In this document: positions 12,822 through 23,469 of the stretch, piece by piece
How positions within the stretch are numbered: the stretch's first letter is position 1
How the letters are laid out: every line of letters begins with the position of its first letter
Assembly: GCA_965203275.1 (NCBI GenBank)
Contig: OZ241865.1
Coordinates: 2,432,001-2,496,000 of the forward strand
DNA from: Bdellovibrionales bacterium
GTDB lineage: Bacteria; Bdellovibrionota; Bdellovibrionia; Bdellovibrionales; JAUICD01
Reading direction: 5' to 3'
DNA: 64,000 nt
Program-made: the position numbers and the translations under genes
Notes under the pieces: model-generated
Seen by the model: only the letters and a program-made list of their open reading frames with translations
Database searches by the model: none
Told to the model about the DNA's origin: nothing

Positions 12822-12939
12822 ACCATCACCTTAAGGGTTAAAATATGCATAGCCTAAATGGTATTAGAAATCAAGCTTGATTTCTAAGAATGTAAATCAT
12901 TGAAATTTGCTATTTTTCATAAGCTTCTAGGATTTTATT

Positions 12940-13560
12940 TCAATTTTTGCTCTTATACAACCATCTGTAAAGTAGATAAACAGCAACAAGTCCTACAAAT
13001 ATGAAAAGATAAATATGAATTTGTGTGAGTATCTCAAAAGCTTTTTCTCTATGCTCATGGAATTTATAACCTAACCATACTAAGAGAGGTACACTGGCAA
13101 AGGCAGCCAGCCCATCTTGAAATATAAACACTTTAAATGGCACTTTGAGAGTACCAGCAGTCAAATAAATAGGGGCCCTCAAACCCGGGGCAAATCGAGC
13201 TGTAAAACAAATGAGCTTTGCATTTTGATTAATATGTTCTGTTGCCTTCTGAACCCTTTTAGGTGTAAAAACTTTTCTGAAAATAGGCCATTGAAAAACT
13301 TTTGGTCCAAAATAGCTCCCTATACTAAAGAGTAGCACATCACCGACTAAAACTCCTATAAAACATACCAATATAGCTCCTGTTAAAGAAATAGCTCCTT
13401 TTCCAGCTAAGTAACCTGCTGTGATCAGGGTGATATCTTCAGGGACTGGTAGTCCTATTCCACATAAAAACAATACCCCAAAGATAAGGGCATAAGCTTG
13501 GAAACCTGATATTCCAATGAATAAAGATAAAATTTTATGAGCAAATCCAGCTTCTTTCAT
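12940..13560 (-). CDS. DedA family membrane protein
   Basis: GLPVPED, GDVLLF, ARFAPGLR motifs. Confidence 0.92.
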   Translation of the reverse strand: MKEAGFAHKILSLFIGISGFQAYALIFGVLFLCGIGLPVPEDITLITAGYLAGKGAISLTGAILVCFIGVLVGDVLLFSIGSYFGPKVFQWPIFRKVFTPKRVQKATEHINQNAKLICFTARFAPGLRAPIYLTAGTLKVPFKVFIFQDGLAAFASVPLLVWLGYKFHEHREKAFEILTQIHIYLFIFVGLVAVYLLYRWLYKSKN

Positions 13561-13712
13561 GCTTGATAACCTTTTGTTATTATTATTGTATCGACATCTT
13601 TGATTTTATTCTGTATGATTATATTATGGTCAGGAAAAGTTAAAATAGTAAATGACTTTGATTTTTTGATTTACTTTGATTTATAGATGATATCTAGAAT
13701 AAGTGTTATTTT

Positions 13713-14069
13713 TTGAGGAAATGGAAAACTTCAAAAATGTTTTTTTATATAAGATGTATTTGCTTAGCATTGCTTATCTCTATTAGTTTATACTCTGTCA
13801 AAATAGAGAAGGTCAGGCTTTCTCATAAAATACATGGATACATCGAGCAAACACCTGTTGGTTTATATTTGAATCAAATGGCTCAATTTGGAATCCATTA
13901 CACTCAAAAAACTTTTAAAAAAATATACACTGATAACAAAAAAGAACTTATGGAACGTCTTTCTCATAAAGTAAAAAAAGCAATCCAAAGAACTCATCAA
14001 CACCTTGAACTTGAAAAAAAGGATCATCAAGAAGGAACAAAGCCCAATCCTAGCCCGGTGGCTCACTAA
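13713..14069 (+). CDS. Hypothetical protein with N-terminal TM segment
   Basis: ORF with hydrophobic N-terminus; start may be ATG 13738; 3' end runs into a repeat. Confidence 0.55.
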   Translation: MRKWKTSKMFFYIRCICLALLISISLYSVKIEKVRLSHKIHGYIEQTPVGLYLNQMAQFGIHYTQKTFKKIYTDNKKELMERLSHKVKKAIQRTHQHLELEKKDHQEGTKPNPSPVAH

Positions 14070-14281
14070 AAGTAGCCAGAGGCTAGACCACTTTTAGTGA
14101 GACAAAAGAAGCATATCTTGTTTCCCTAACATGGTGTCAGAAGCAAGGAGATCCGCCCTACTCAAAATGCATAGATTTTTGAGGCAATGACCATTTTGTC
14201 AATGGCGAAAGCCATTGCGGTCATTGCCCAAAAACATGCCAGAGGCATGATGCATTTTGAGTGAAATGTTAAGGAAACAGG
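14062..14281. repeat. Structured palindromic repeat cluster (family 1); includes a complete unit with TGTTTCCYTAACA/TGTTAAGGAAACA ends
   Basis: Nested inverted repeats shared with many other intergenic loci. Confidence 0.9.
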
Positions 14282-14291
14282 CAATTTGCTT

Positions 14292-16550
14292 TTAAAGATT
14301 ATCGAATTCTTCTTCTAACTCAAGTTCTATATCATCAATATCATTGCTATCAATACTGTTATTTGTAGAATTAACTTCTCCACTGAGTGTGCTAGAAGCA
14401 AAAATTTCATTGCGATTGAGGATACGAGGTGTAATAAAAATTAAAAGCTCTGCTTTATTAGAAGAATAAGTATTCCTTTTAAATAAAGAACCTAAAATAG
14501 GAATGTGCCTAAGAACAGGAACTCCACTATTATTTTTATCCATGCTGTCTTGATACATACCACCAATAACAGCCGTGTCTCCATTGTTGACTAAAACATT
14601 GGTACTAGCAGATCGACCAAAAATAGGTGGAGCTTCACCATCTGAAGCTGCTGCACCAGCAAATTGTCTTTGAATATTGATTTGTAAAATAATGCCTTTG
14701 CCCGAAGTCACTTGTGGAGTCACATTCAATGAAAATGTGATATTTTTATATTCTGTACTTTGTGAAATGCCACCTCCTGTAGAATCTGTTTTAGCCAGAG
14801 GGATTTGATCTGTTTGATTGATATTTGCTGACATATTATTAAGTGTAACTACACGCGGTGAAGATATGACTTTAACCACTTGATCTTCTTCTAGTAAATC
14901 TAATGTTGCTGTTAAAGCTCCTTGGCTTAACCCTACAATTGTACTTAGATCGAAGTCTAAAGGAATTCCACCTCCTCCGCGATCTAACACAAATCCTTTA
15001 ACTATTGAACCTAAGTTTTGTCCTTTGATAATCATTCCAAATCTTCGACTAAATACTTCAGTTGCTTCCACAATTTTAGCTTCAATAAGGATTTGTGGAA
15101 TTTGCACATCTAAGGTCCTAATAAGCCTCTTCATGCGATTAATGTTTTCAAGAGTATCTGTGATCATTAAACTATTGGTCCTAGGATCAGATTGGATTTG
15201 CCCTTTAGGACCTTTAAATATTTGTATGCGATTAACTAAATCATTGGCTTTCGCATAACTCACAGGGATAAATTGAATTTGTAGAGGACTTAAAGATTTT
15301 TTAGATTCAATAAGTTGTTGGCGGTTTTTCATTTCAGTTCGAATATTATCAATTGTATCTACAATTAAAATATTCTCACTGCGAATATAACCTAGCTTCT
15401 TCATTTGTAAAACAAGTAAGAACACTTGATCCCAAGGAATTTCTTTAAGTTCTAAAGAAACCTTTCCAGTGATATTTTCTGATAACACAATATTTAATCC
15501 GCTTTCCCTTGTGATGAATTTTAAAACATCTCGAATATTAGCATTATTAACTTCTATAGAAATAGGAACTCCAGTATAACGAACATTTTGAGATAAAAAA
15601 TCATCGGAAGACTCAGCATTTAAAGGGCTTTTAGAGGCCATATCATTAGCTTCTTGTAGTTCTGAATCCTCAAGTAATTGTTGTGTATCTGCTAAACTTC
15701 CTGTAGTTGTATTTGAATCTTGAGCTTCTACTAAAATAGAATTGCCATCAACTCTCACAATAGGTTCTATAGGATCTCTTATAGAAATTACAAATCGAGC
15801 TTTTGTGCTTTCATTATCTTGATAAGCTTGAAAGAATCCAATATTGCTAGGGAAATCTCTTGTCGCATAAGGCCTTTTAAATTGACTTGGTATCTTAAGG
15901 TTATCTATTTCTACTATGATTTGTCTTCCATCTTCAGATTTACGGATAAAGGGATTTTGAGGAATTCCTGTGGTTTGAATCACAATAGTACCTCCAGCTT
16001 GGTCATGCAGAAAATCAACACCTGTCACATTTAAGAGAGGACCATCTGTTGTCGTGGATGGTATTTGCTGAGTTAATTCAATGGGTTCTTCTATTGTACT
16101 CTCTGTATCTTCAATATCTACAAGAGTTTCATCCTCTGGTAAAGTTTCTGCTGGAGATGTGGACTCTATGTCTTCTAGTGGGGGTTCTGTTTTTTCTTCA
16201 GTTTCTGCTAATTGTTGCTCAAATTCTTCTTCAATAAGCTGTTCTGCCTTTTTCTCTGCATTTTCATCTAAATCAAAAGGTTCTTCATTAGGTATATCTG
16301 CAAAATCTTCTTCAAGTTCTCCTTCAAGTTCTGATTCTAAATTATCTTCAAATTCATCTGTAACTTCTTGGTCAACATCTCCCAACTCTAATGCAAGATC
16401 ATCTTCTCCATCTTGTTTTTCTTGATCAGCTTGTGCTATTAAAAAAGAATTATTTCTAGTAATGATTTTGTTTTCTTGAACAGTACTTCTTGCAACTGTT
16501 TGGATCACAAAAGAAATAATCAAAAAAATAATTAAAAAAAATTTTAGCAT
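14292..16550 (-). CDS. pilQ: Type IV pilus secretin PilQ with acidic N-terminal extension
   Basis: IPWDQ, DPRTNSL, PQILIEAKIVEA, VPVLRHIPILGSLF, ELLIFITPRI. Confidence 0.93.
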   Translation of the reverse strand: MLKFFLIIFLIISFVIQTVARSTVQENKIITRNNSFLIAQADQEKQDGEDDLALELGDVDQEVTDEFEDNLESELEGELEEDFADIPNEEPFDLDENAEKKAEQLIEEEFEQQLAETEEKTEPPLEDIESTSPAETLPEDETLVDIEDTESTIEEPIELTQQIPSTTTDGPLLNVTGVDFLHDQAGGTIVIQTTGIPQNPFIRKSEDGRQIIVEIDNLKIPSQFKRPYATRDFPSNIGFFQAYQDNESTKARFVISIRDPIEPIVRVDGNSILVEAQDSNTTTGSLADTQQLLEDSELQEANDMASKSPLNAESSDDFLSQNVRYTGVPISIEVNNANIRDVLKFITRESGLNIVLSENITGKVSLELKEIPWDQVFLLVLQMKKLGYIRSENILIVDTIDNIRTEMKNRQQLIESKKSLSPLQIQFIPVSYAKANDLVNRIQIFKGPKGQIQSDPRTNSLMITDTLENINRMKRLIRTLDVQIPQILIEAKIVEATEVFSRRFGMIIKGQNLGSIVKGFVLDRGGGGIPLDFDLSTIVGLSQGALTATLDLLEEDQVVKVISSPRVVTLNNMSANINQTDQIPLAKTDSTGGGISQSTEYKNITFSLNVTPQVTSGKGIILQINIQRQFAGAAASDGEAPPIFGRSASTNVLVNNGDTAVIGGMYQDSMDKNNSGVPVLRHIPILGSLFKRNTYSSNKAELLIFITPRILNRNEIFASSTLSGEVNSTNNSIDSNDIDDIELELEEEFDNL

Positions 16551-16654
16551 TATATGACCTCTTTATCCTACTAATTATTTAAGAGGTGTTTTTCTGTTTT
16601 GACAAGACTTTAGGTGAAAAAACCAGACCAATAGACTAGAGTGTATTTAAAAAT

Positions 16655-17401
16655 TTATCCCGTGTAAGGCAAATAAGTAAAATAAATATAATCTCTATAT
16701 TGTTTTAAAAATACAATATTTTGATCTTTATTGATTTTATTTGTTTTAAGTTTCTTAAGCCAACGTGACTCTTGATAAGCAATGCAACTTAAATGAGAAA
16801 AACTTAAATCTACCTTACTTTGTTGTCTACAAAGACTTTGCATTTGACGTAATTTTTCTAAATCAAAAACACTCTCCATAGCAATAAAAGATAAAATAGA
16901 AACACCTAAATCAAGCTCTAAAAGAGATACAAGACTTTGAGCGTTGGGATGAAAGACATCTTCCGGAGTAGCAATCATTAAAGTTTTTTTTAATTGTGTC
17001 TGTTGTTTTTTTAAAAGTCTTAAAATGTCTGTGTAGTTTTGAGTTAAATGCTCGACCCGCACATTTAATGAAGGAAAATGCTTTGCTTTATTTTCCCATT
17101 CTGACTTCATAGGACTTAAAATCAACACTGTATGAAAGTTTTTTTTATAACTTTGACTTGTGTGCAGTAAGCTTAAGATAATATCTAAATTAAAAGATTT
17201 GTTAATACCAAAAGCCACCACCTTAGATGAATGAATATCTTTATGTAATTGTTTAAAAATAGTTTGACCAATGACATGGAAATTAGAAAAATTAGAAGGC
17301 TTAATAACAGGTTTGGGCCTAGGGTTTAATCCAAATTGAAAAATTAAAATAACTAAGGCTAAAACAACAATAGCTAAAAAAGAAAAGTACCATTTTATCA
17401 T
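16655..17401 (-). CDS. Hypothetical membrane-anchored protein
   Basis: 248-aa ORF with N-terminal TM helix. Confidence 0.7.
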   Translation of the reverse strand: MIKWYFSFLAIVVLALVILIFQFGLNPRPKPVIKPSNFSNFHVIGQTIFKQLHKDIHSSKVVAFGINKSFNLDIILSLLHTSQSYKKNFHTVLILSPMKSEWENKAKHFPSLNVRVEHLTQNYTDILRLLKKQQTQLKKTLMIATPEDVFHPNAQSLVSLLELDLGVSILSFIAMESVFDLEKLRQMQSLCRQQSKVDLSFSHLSCIAYQESRWLKKLKTNKINKDQNIVFLKQYRDYIYFTYLPYTG

Positions 17402-17556
17402 TTTTTTTGAACCTATGATTATTGATCATCATCTAACTTCTATATCCAACGACTCTAACTTTTTTAAGAATGAGTTGTTCAGTGTTAAGAGCAGAGATTT
17501 AATTACAACAGCGTACTTTTATTTTTATTGTACATCACTCATATCATAATGCTTTT

Positions 17557-17868
17557 TTAAGAGGCGAGAACTTCTTTTAGCTTTCCTGATTCGTACATTT
17601 CTGTCATAATATCACAACCTCCTATAAGTTGTTTGTTGACATAAAGTTGTGGGATTGTTGGCCAATCACCATAAATTTTAATACCTTCTCGTATTTCAGG
17701 ATCTTCTAACACATCCACATCTTGAAACGAAACGTTCAACTCTTTAAGTATAGCCACAGCCCTGTGAGAAAAACCACAATGCGGAAAACTAGCCGTCCCT
17801 TTCATAAACAAGACAATACGATTTTTATTAAGTATATCTTCAATTTGACATTGCGTTGTTTTATTCAT
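17557..17868 (-). CDS. grxD: Monothiol glutaredoxin (Grx4)
   Basis: CGFS active site, WPTIPQLY, GGCD. Confidence 0.96.
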   Translation of the reverse strand: MNKTTQCQIEDILNKNRIVLFMKGTASFPHCGFSHRAVAILKELNVSFQDVDVLEDPEIREGIKIYGDWPTIPQLYVNKQLIGGCDIMTEMYESGKLKEVLAS

Positions 17869-17900
17869 TAATACAACCTCCTTTTAAATGGATTAAAGTT

Positions 17901-18128
17901 TTATTTAGAATGAAAGTGAATAGTCAAAGCATGGATTTCACCACTTGCAAATTGTTCTTTAAAAAGCCCCATGACTTTTCTATGAGCTGTCACCCTAGGC
18001 AAAGATTCTAACTCTTTACAAGATAAAGTCATTTGATAATGGTTATTGGTATGAGTTAAATCTACAACTTCTATTTGAGCATGAGGATAATGTTTTAAAA
18101 AATGTTGCTTAATTTCTATAGCTTGCAT
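17901..18128 (-). CDS. bolA: BolA family protein
   Basis: NHY, HRKVM, EIHAL; adjacent to grxD. Confidence 0.9.
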   Translation of the reverse strand: MQAIEIKQHFLKHYPHAQIEVVDLTHTNNHYQMTLSCKELESLPRVTAHRKVMGLFKEQFASGEIHALTIHFHSK

Positions 18129-18140
18129 TACGTCTCCTTT

Positions 18141-19453
18141 GTTTCACTAAAAGTAAACTGACCTCTGTTTCCCTAAAATTGAACTAGCCTCTGGCTACTT
18201 TTGGGCAGTTAGCCCGACGGCTATCGCCGTCGATCAAAGGCTAACTGCCTCAAAAGCTTGTTCAATTTTAGGAAGGAGGATCCTCTCGTCTCTTTACACG
18301 ATGTTAAGGAAAAAGTTCCTTCTTACATCTTTTGCCTGCAAAGGCTTTCGCCTTTGACAAAATAGGCAACACCTAAAAAATCCGCTCATTTTGAGTAGGG
18401 AAGGATCCTCTCGTTTCTTAACATGATGTTAGGGAAACAAGATATTCGCTTCATCCTTGCCTGTCTGTTTGATGCCGGGGTGCCAAATCCCGGATCCCGG
18501 AAAAGTATCCTTTCATTTCTTTATACCATGTTAAGGAAACAAAGCATTCGTTTTTTTGTTTTTTTTATTCTTTTTTAGATTCTGCGTAATTTTCAAAAAA
18601 GCATGAATATTATGAGTGGGAGGCGGAGGCAGGCTGTAGGAGTTGTTTCTACTCAAAGTGAACAGGCTTTTGAGGCAATGACCATTTTGTCAAAGGCGAA
18701 AGCCGTCGGGCTAAATGGTATTAGAAGGATGTTTTCCTTAACATGGTGTTAAGAAACGAAGAGATCCTCCCTACTCAAAGTGAACAGGCTTTTGAGGCAA
18801 TGACCATTTTGTCAAAGGCGAAAGCCTTTGCGGTCATTGTCCAAAAGTGGCCAGAGGCCAGTTCACTTTGAGTGAAACAACTATCCCTAACCCCACCCGC
18901 CACCCTTCGATTCTGCTTTCTCATTTTGTTTTTACTGGAGGATGAGGGCAGAGGGAGCCTTCCGAAGTCCTCAATTGAGCTTGCTTTTAAGGAGCAAGCT
19001 CAATTTGCGGAAGATCTCCAGTCTCCCTCTGCCCCCATCCTCCCCTAAATGATTTTTTATTTGAGAGTTACGCAGAATCTGAGAAAAAATAAAAAAAAAG
19101 GAACTTTTTCCTTAACATGTAGTAAAAAGACAAGGAGATCCTCCTTCCTAAAAGTGAACAGGCTTTTGAGACAATGACCATTTTGTCAAAGGCGAAAGCC
19201 TTTGCGGTCATTGTCCAAAAGTGGCCAGAGGCCAGTTCACTTTGAGTGAAACAGCTTAGCCTTTGATCGACGACGATAAGCCGTCGAGCTAACTATTAGA
19301 AGGACATTTTCCTTAACATGGTGTTAAGAAACGAAGAGATCCTCCCTACTCAAAGTGAACAGGCTTTTGAGACAATGACCATTTTGTCAAAGGCGAAAGC
19401 CTTTGCGGTCATTGTCCAAAAGTGGCCAGAGGCCAGTTCATTTTGAGTGAAAC
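18141..19453. repeat. Large mosaic cluster of structured repeats (families 1 and 2, GGATCC module)
   Basis: Several family-1 units in both orientations; near-identical copies at ~18721-18880 and ~19295-19453; family-2 unit at 18909-19079. Confidence 0.93.
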
Positions 19454-19478
19454 AACAATGTAAATATGTTTTTATTTC

Positions 19479-19769
19479 TTACTTCTTTTGAATATGACAC
19501 AAGGCGACATCCACAGATGTTCTTGTACCTTTCTCTGTGTTGCATTTATGGCAAGCAACGACCACATTAGATTTTGAAGAAAGCCCTCCTTTTGCTAAAG
19601 GAACCTTATGATCCATTGTAAGATGTTTTGCAGTAAAATGTTTTCCACAATAATAACATTGGCCTTTTTTGAGTTTCCATTGCCACCACTTAGAAGCTTT
19701 TAATTGCTTAGCTTTGAGGCGTTCTTTTTGAAGTTGCCACTTTGGTTGTGGTGCATAAAACAAAGTCAT
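19479..19769 (-). CDS. Small HNH endonuclease
   Basis: CYYC...TMDHKVPLAKGG...NVVVACHKCN. Confidence 0.9.
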   Translation of the reverse strand: MTLFYAPQPKWQLQKERLKAKQLKASKWWQWKLKKGQCYYCGKHFTAKHLTMDHKVPLAKGGLSSKSNVVVACHKCNTEKGTRTSVDVALCHIQKK

Positions 19770-19836
19770 TATGATGATATCTCCTTTAGTGTTTGATTTT
19801 CAAATATTCAAAAGTTTGTCAATCAACAAAATTATT

Positions 19837-20475
19837 TTAAGATGGACTGATGTATTGGCAAAAAATAGTAGCCCACTTTTTTAATAGAAAAGCTGAAGGA
19901 GTTAATTTTGTGTAATAAGATACAGAATCTAAACTTTCAAAGTCAAGACCACAAGGACGAATAAGAGAAAATAAATCCAGATCATTATTTATGTTGATAG
20001 CCAGTCCATGACAAGCAATGCCTCTTTGTACCTGTACACCAAAAAAAGCAATTTTACCTCTCTGAGTATAAATGGCAGTCGTTTGATTTTTCTTCTCTTG
20101 AAGACAGATCACACCTAAGCTCTCCAAAAAGTCTCTTGTGACATTTTCTAATAAAGCAACATATTGCCTTACAGAAAGCTTCCATTTTTTTAAGGGTATA
20201 ATAGGGTAGATCACCAACTGACCAGGGGAGTGACAGGTGACCCCTCCTCCTCTTTTTGTCAACACAACTTCAATCTCTTTGCACTTGAGAAAATCATGGG
20301 AAACTAAAATATCTTGTTTTTGACTGTTAAGTCCTAAAGTGATCACAGAAGGGTGTTCTAATCCTAAGAGATAACTATACTGAGTCCTTTGACTTTGCAC
20401 TACAAAATCTTGTTGTAACTCAAGCCCCTTTGAATAAGGCAAACAAGAAAGCCATTTGATTTGTATATTTTTCAT
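19837..20475 (-). CDS. lipB: Lipoyl(octanoyl) transferase
   Basis: LEHPSVITLG, RGGGVTCHSPGQLVIYPI, HGLAIN, PCG. Confidence 0.93.
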   Translation of the reverse strand: MKNIQIKWLSCLPYSKGLELQQDFVVQSQRTQYSYLLGLEHPSVITLGLNSQKQDILVSHDFLKCKEIEVVLTKRGGGVTCHSPGQLVIYPIIPLKKWKLSVRQYVALLENVTRDFLESLGVICLQEKKNQTTAIYTQRGKIAFFGVQVQRGIACHGLAININNDLDLFSLIRPCGLDFESLDSVSYYTKLTPSAFLLKKWATIFCQYISPS

Positions 20476-20625
20476 AATGTAAACCTTGAAGAGTTAAAAA
20501 AATAAAAATAATGTACAGAGTTTATTGTCTAAAATCTTGTAAAATCAAATACTTTATTAAAGATAAATACAGATAATTGACATCTCACATTTTTTTATTT
20601 TATTCTTTATAGATTATAGAATGAA

Positions 20626-20671
20626 TAAGATGAAGCATCTATATAAATTAAGATGAAGCATCTATATAAAT
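20626..20671 (+). repeat. 23-bp perfect tandem duplication upstream of the aceE-like gene
   Basis: TAAGATGAAGCATCTATATAAAT x2. Confidence 0.9.
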
Positions 20672-20676
20672 AAGGA

Positions 20677-23376
20677 ATGAATATGGCTCAAACAAATAAA
20701 GCAAATAAACTAGATATGAACATATTAAATACTATTACAAAAAAAGCACATGCTTTTGCAACAGCCATGATCTACTTTGCTAACCACAGAGAGCATCAAG
20801 ATAAAACAGATCCAAAAGTAGGAGGTCATCCTACGGCTTCTGCCAGTAGCCTTCATATTTTAGGGAGTCTTCATCTTGTTGTTAAATCAGGCTTTGATCA
20901 TCAGGCTATCAAACCTCACACATCCCCTACAGACCATGCTTTTAATTATCTACTTAATCTTTTTTTAGATGCAGAAAAAAATAGACTTAATGACGATCTT
21001 TCTCAACAAGCTATGTATGGCTTGCGAGCTTTCTGTCAACAAGGTGAGCCGGTCTTTCAATCTTACCACTCTAAATACGATCCCGACCATGAAGGCTATC
21101 TCCCTTCAGGTACAGTAGGCATTCCTCCTGTCAATTTAGGCTATTTAGCTCTTGCTTACAAATATGCAGAAAACCAAGGTTTTAAAGTACCTCAGCCAGC
21201 TCATTTTTGGGCCCTTATCGGAGACTCTGAATTTAGAGAAGGTTCACTTTTTGAAGCTATGCCTGACTTTGCAGAAAGGCAAATAGGCCACTTGACTTGG
21301 ATTATTGATTATAACAGGCAAAGCCTTGATGGACAGCGAATTGTCAACTCTCAAGCTGTAGGCCATGATTGTCATAGAATAGCCCAAACAGCTATAGCTA
21401 ATGGATGGGAAGTTATAACAGTGCAACATGGTAGCTTTAGAAAAAAGCTTTTTCAAAAAAATGGCGGTGAAGTATTTCAAAATATATTAGAAAACAAACT
21501 TGAAGATTTATATTTTCAAGCTCTTTTGCTCAATAAAGATGCTCTGCTTGCAAGGCAAGCTCTTCTCAAAATAGACCCTCAGATCAATCATTTTTTAAAA
21601 GAGATCACTGATAAAGATTTATTAAAAGCTCTGCAAGATTTAGGTGGACATGATTATCAACAATTGATCCCTGCTTTAGAGAAAAGTAAAACTTTTCACA
21701 ATAAACCTTCTCTGATCATTGCTCATACTATTAAAGGATGGGGATTACAATCAGCAGCACAGTCTTCTAATCATAATGCTTTGCCTAGCAAACAAGAGAT
21801 CACAAGTTTGCTGGAAGCACAAGGGCTTTCTTTAAAAAAGCCTTTTGAAAAATTTCCTGTAAATTCCTTAGAAGGGAAATTTTTAAAAAAACGTGGAGAT
21901 GAGCTTTTAAAGCAGTTTCAAGAAAAATGGTCAATCAAAAAACACAATCAACAAAATTTTCAAAAAAAACTCTCTCGCGTACCACACACTTTAGATATTA
22001 ATTTAAAACTTGCTCCCTATAGTCACACACAATGGATGCTTGGACAACTGGTTGCAAAACTTATTCGTGTCGCTCAGACACCTCGTTGTGATTTAGAAAA
22101 AGCTTTTCAACCCTTAGCACAAATGATGACTTTGATGTCTCCTGATGTAGGGACTTCTACAAATTTACAATTTACAATGGATGAAAAAGTTTTTGGACAA
22201 ATCAAAACAACAGACTATGAAACCCAATTGAATGTGAGAGATAAAAAAGCTCCTATTTTGATTCCTAACTCTACAAATAAAAATCAATTTTTAAGATTTG
22301 AGATTGCAGAAGCTAGTAGCATGTCTTGTATGGGTTCTTTTGGTAAGATCAAAGAAATACTTGGCATTCCTTTAATACCTCTAATGACCATCTATGATTT
22401 TTTTATTAAAAGAGCCTTGGATCAGTACTTTTATAATTTGTATTGGGATTCGAGTTTTATATTGTTTGGAACCCCTTCAGGTGTGACTCTTTCTTCTGAA
22501 GGAGCTCAACATGGATGGAAGTCAGACTTTCAAATTCCTCATCAGATCACTTGGGAGCCTTGTTTTTGTCAGGAACTAGATTGGATTTTTGTAGATAGCC
22601 TTAAGAAACATTTTTCTGGTGAAAACCATACTCCACAAAGAACAGGTGTACTTATTCGTTGTTTTACAAGGGGTGTTTATCAAAAAGAATTTCTCACCCG
22701 CCTTAAAACACAGCAACGCTTTAAAGCATCAAAACCTCAAGTACCCTTACATCCCAGTAGCTTATCGACAAAAGGTGCTATAGATGAGTCTTCTGTGGAA
22801 ACCTTATCAGAAAATGACATTTTAAAATATGTGCGAGAGGATGTATTAAAAGGAGGATATTATTTAATAGATTATCGTGGATATGTAGGTTATGAGCCAG
22901 GGGATAATGTGGTACATATTTTTACTATGGGAAGTGTCACAACAGAAGCTATTGTTGCATCGGATGTTCTGTTGAAAAAAGGCATTTATGCTAACGTCAT
23001 TATTGTGACAAGTCCTGATTTGCTTGTAGGTCATCTGGGGTTTGCTGATGGTTACACTCATCTTAAGAAAAATTTAAACATCACTGCTGAGTTGCATTTA
23101 AAATCTAAGCAACTGACCAAAACAGATTTAATAACTTTGGCAGGTGGCCAAATACCTCTTGTCAGTGTGCATGATGGTGAACCAGGGTTGTTAGATAATA
23201 TAGGTTCTATTGTTGGAGTCAAACATAAAAGTCTTGCTGTAAGGAAGCATTCAAAATGCGGTTGTCCTCGTGATATTTACAAATACCATGGTATAGACAA
23301 AGATGCTATTGTCGTTGCTGTGGATGAAGTTTTATCTGATTTGGCTTTGACAGATCTCAATATGGTATCTTCCTAG
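20677..23376 (+). CDS. aceE: Pyruvate dehydrogenase E1, homodimeric/transketolase-like
   Basis: KVGGH, TPP motif GDSEFREG...NRQSLD, EGAQH; divergent from lipB. Confidence 0.85.
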   Translation: MNMAQTNKANKLDMNILNTITKKAHAFATAMIYFANHREHQDKTDPKVGGHPTASASSLHILGSLHLVVKSGFDHQAIKPHTSPTDHAFNYLLNLFLDAEKNRLNDDLSQQAMYGLRAFCQQGEPVFQSYHSKYDPDHEGYLPSGTVGIPPVNLGYLALAYKYAENQGFKVPQPAHFWALIGDSEFREGSLFEAMPDFAERQIGHLTWIIDYNRQSLDGQRIVNSQAVGHDCHRIAQTAIANGWEVITVQHGSFRKKLFQKNGGEVFQNILENKLEDLYFQALLLNKDALLARQALLKIDPQINHFLKEITDKDLLKALQDLGGHDYQQLIPALEKSKTFHNKPSLIIAHTIKGWGLQSAAQSSNHNALPSKQEITSLLEAQGLSLKKPFEKFPVNSLEGKFLKKRGDELLKQFQEKWSIKKHNQQNFQKKLSRVPHTLDINLKLAPYSHTQWMLGQLVAKLIRVAQTPRCDLEKAFQPLAQMMTLMSPDVGTSTNLQFTMDEKVFGQIKTTDYETQLNVRDKKAPILIPNSTNKNQFLRFEIAEASSMSCMGSFGKIKEILGIPLIPLMTIYDFFIKRALDQYFYNLYWDSSFILFGTPSGVTLSSEGAQHGWKSDFQIPHQITWEPCFCQELDWIFVDSLKKHFSGENHTPQRTGVLIRCFTRGVYQKEFLTRLKTQQRFKASKPQVPLHPSSLSTKGAIDESSVETLSENDILKYVREDVLKGGYYLIDYRGYVGYEPGDNVVHIFTMGSVTTEAIVASDVLLKKGIYANVIIVTSPDLLVGHLGFADGYTHLKKNLNITAELHLKSKQLTKTDLITLAGGQIPLVSVHDGEPGLLDNIGSIVGVKHKSLAVRKHSKCGCPRDIYKYHGIDKDAIVVAVDEVLSDLALTDLNMVSS

Positions 23377-23469
23377 TAATTTATTTTTCATACATTCTAA
23401 GCTTTTAGAGAATTCAATCTAGCTGAATAGCTTTCAAAAATAAATCCTGAGTTATTTCAAAGGACTAGA

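Noticed and set aside
18141..19453. Repeat clusters as CRISPR arrays, retron ncRNA or group II intron pieces
   Set aside because: No constant repeat-unique spacer periodicity, no cas or reverse transcriptase gene in the window, and no domain V motif seen
18141..19769. HNH gene as mobiliser of the adjacent repeat cluster (IscB/HEARO-like)
   Set aside because: Only 96 aa with no RuvC motifs, and the other clusters have no HNH neighbour; adjacency is probably coincidental
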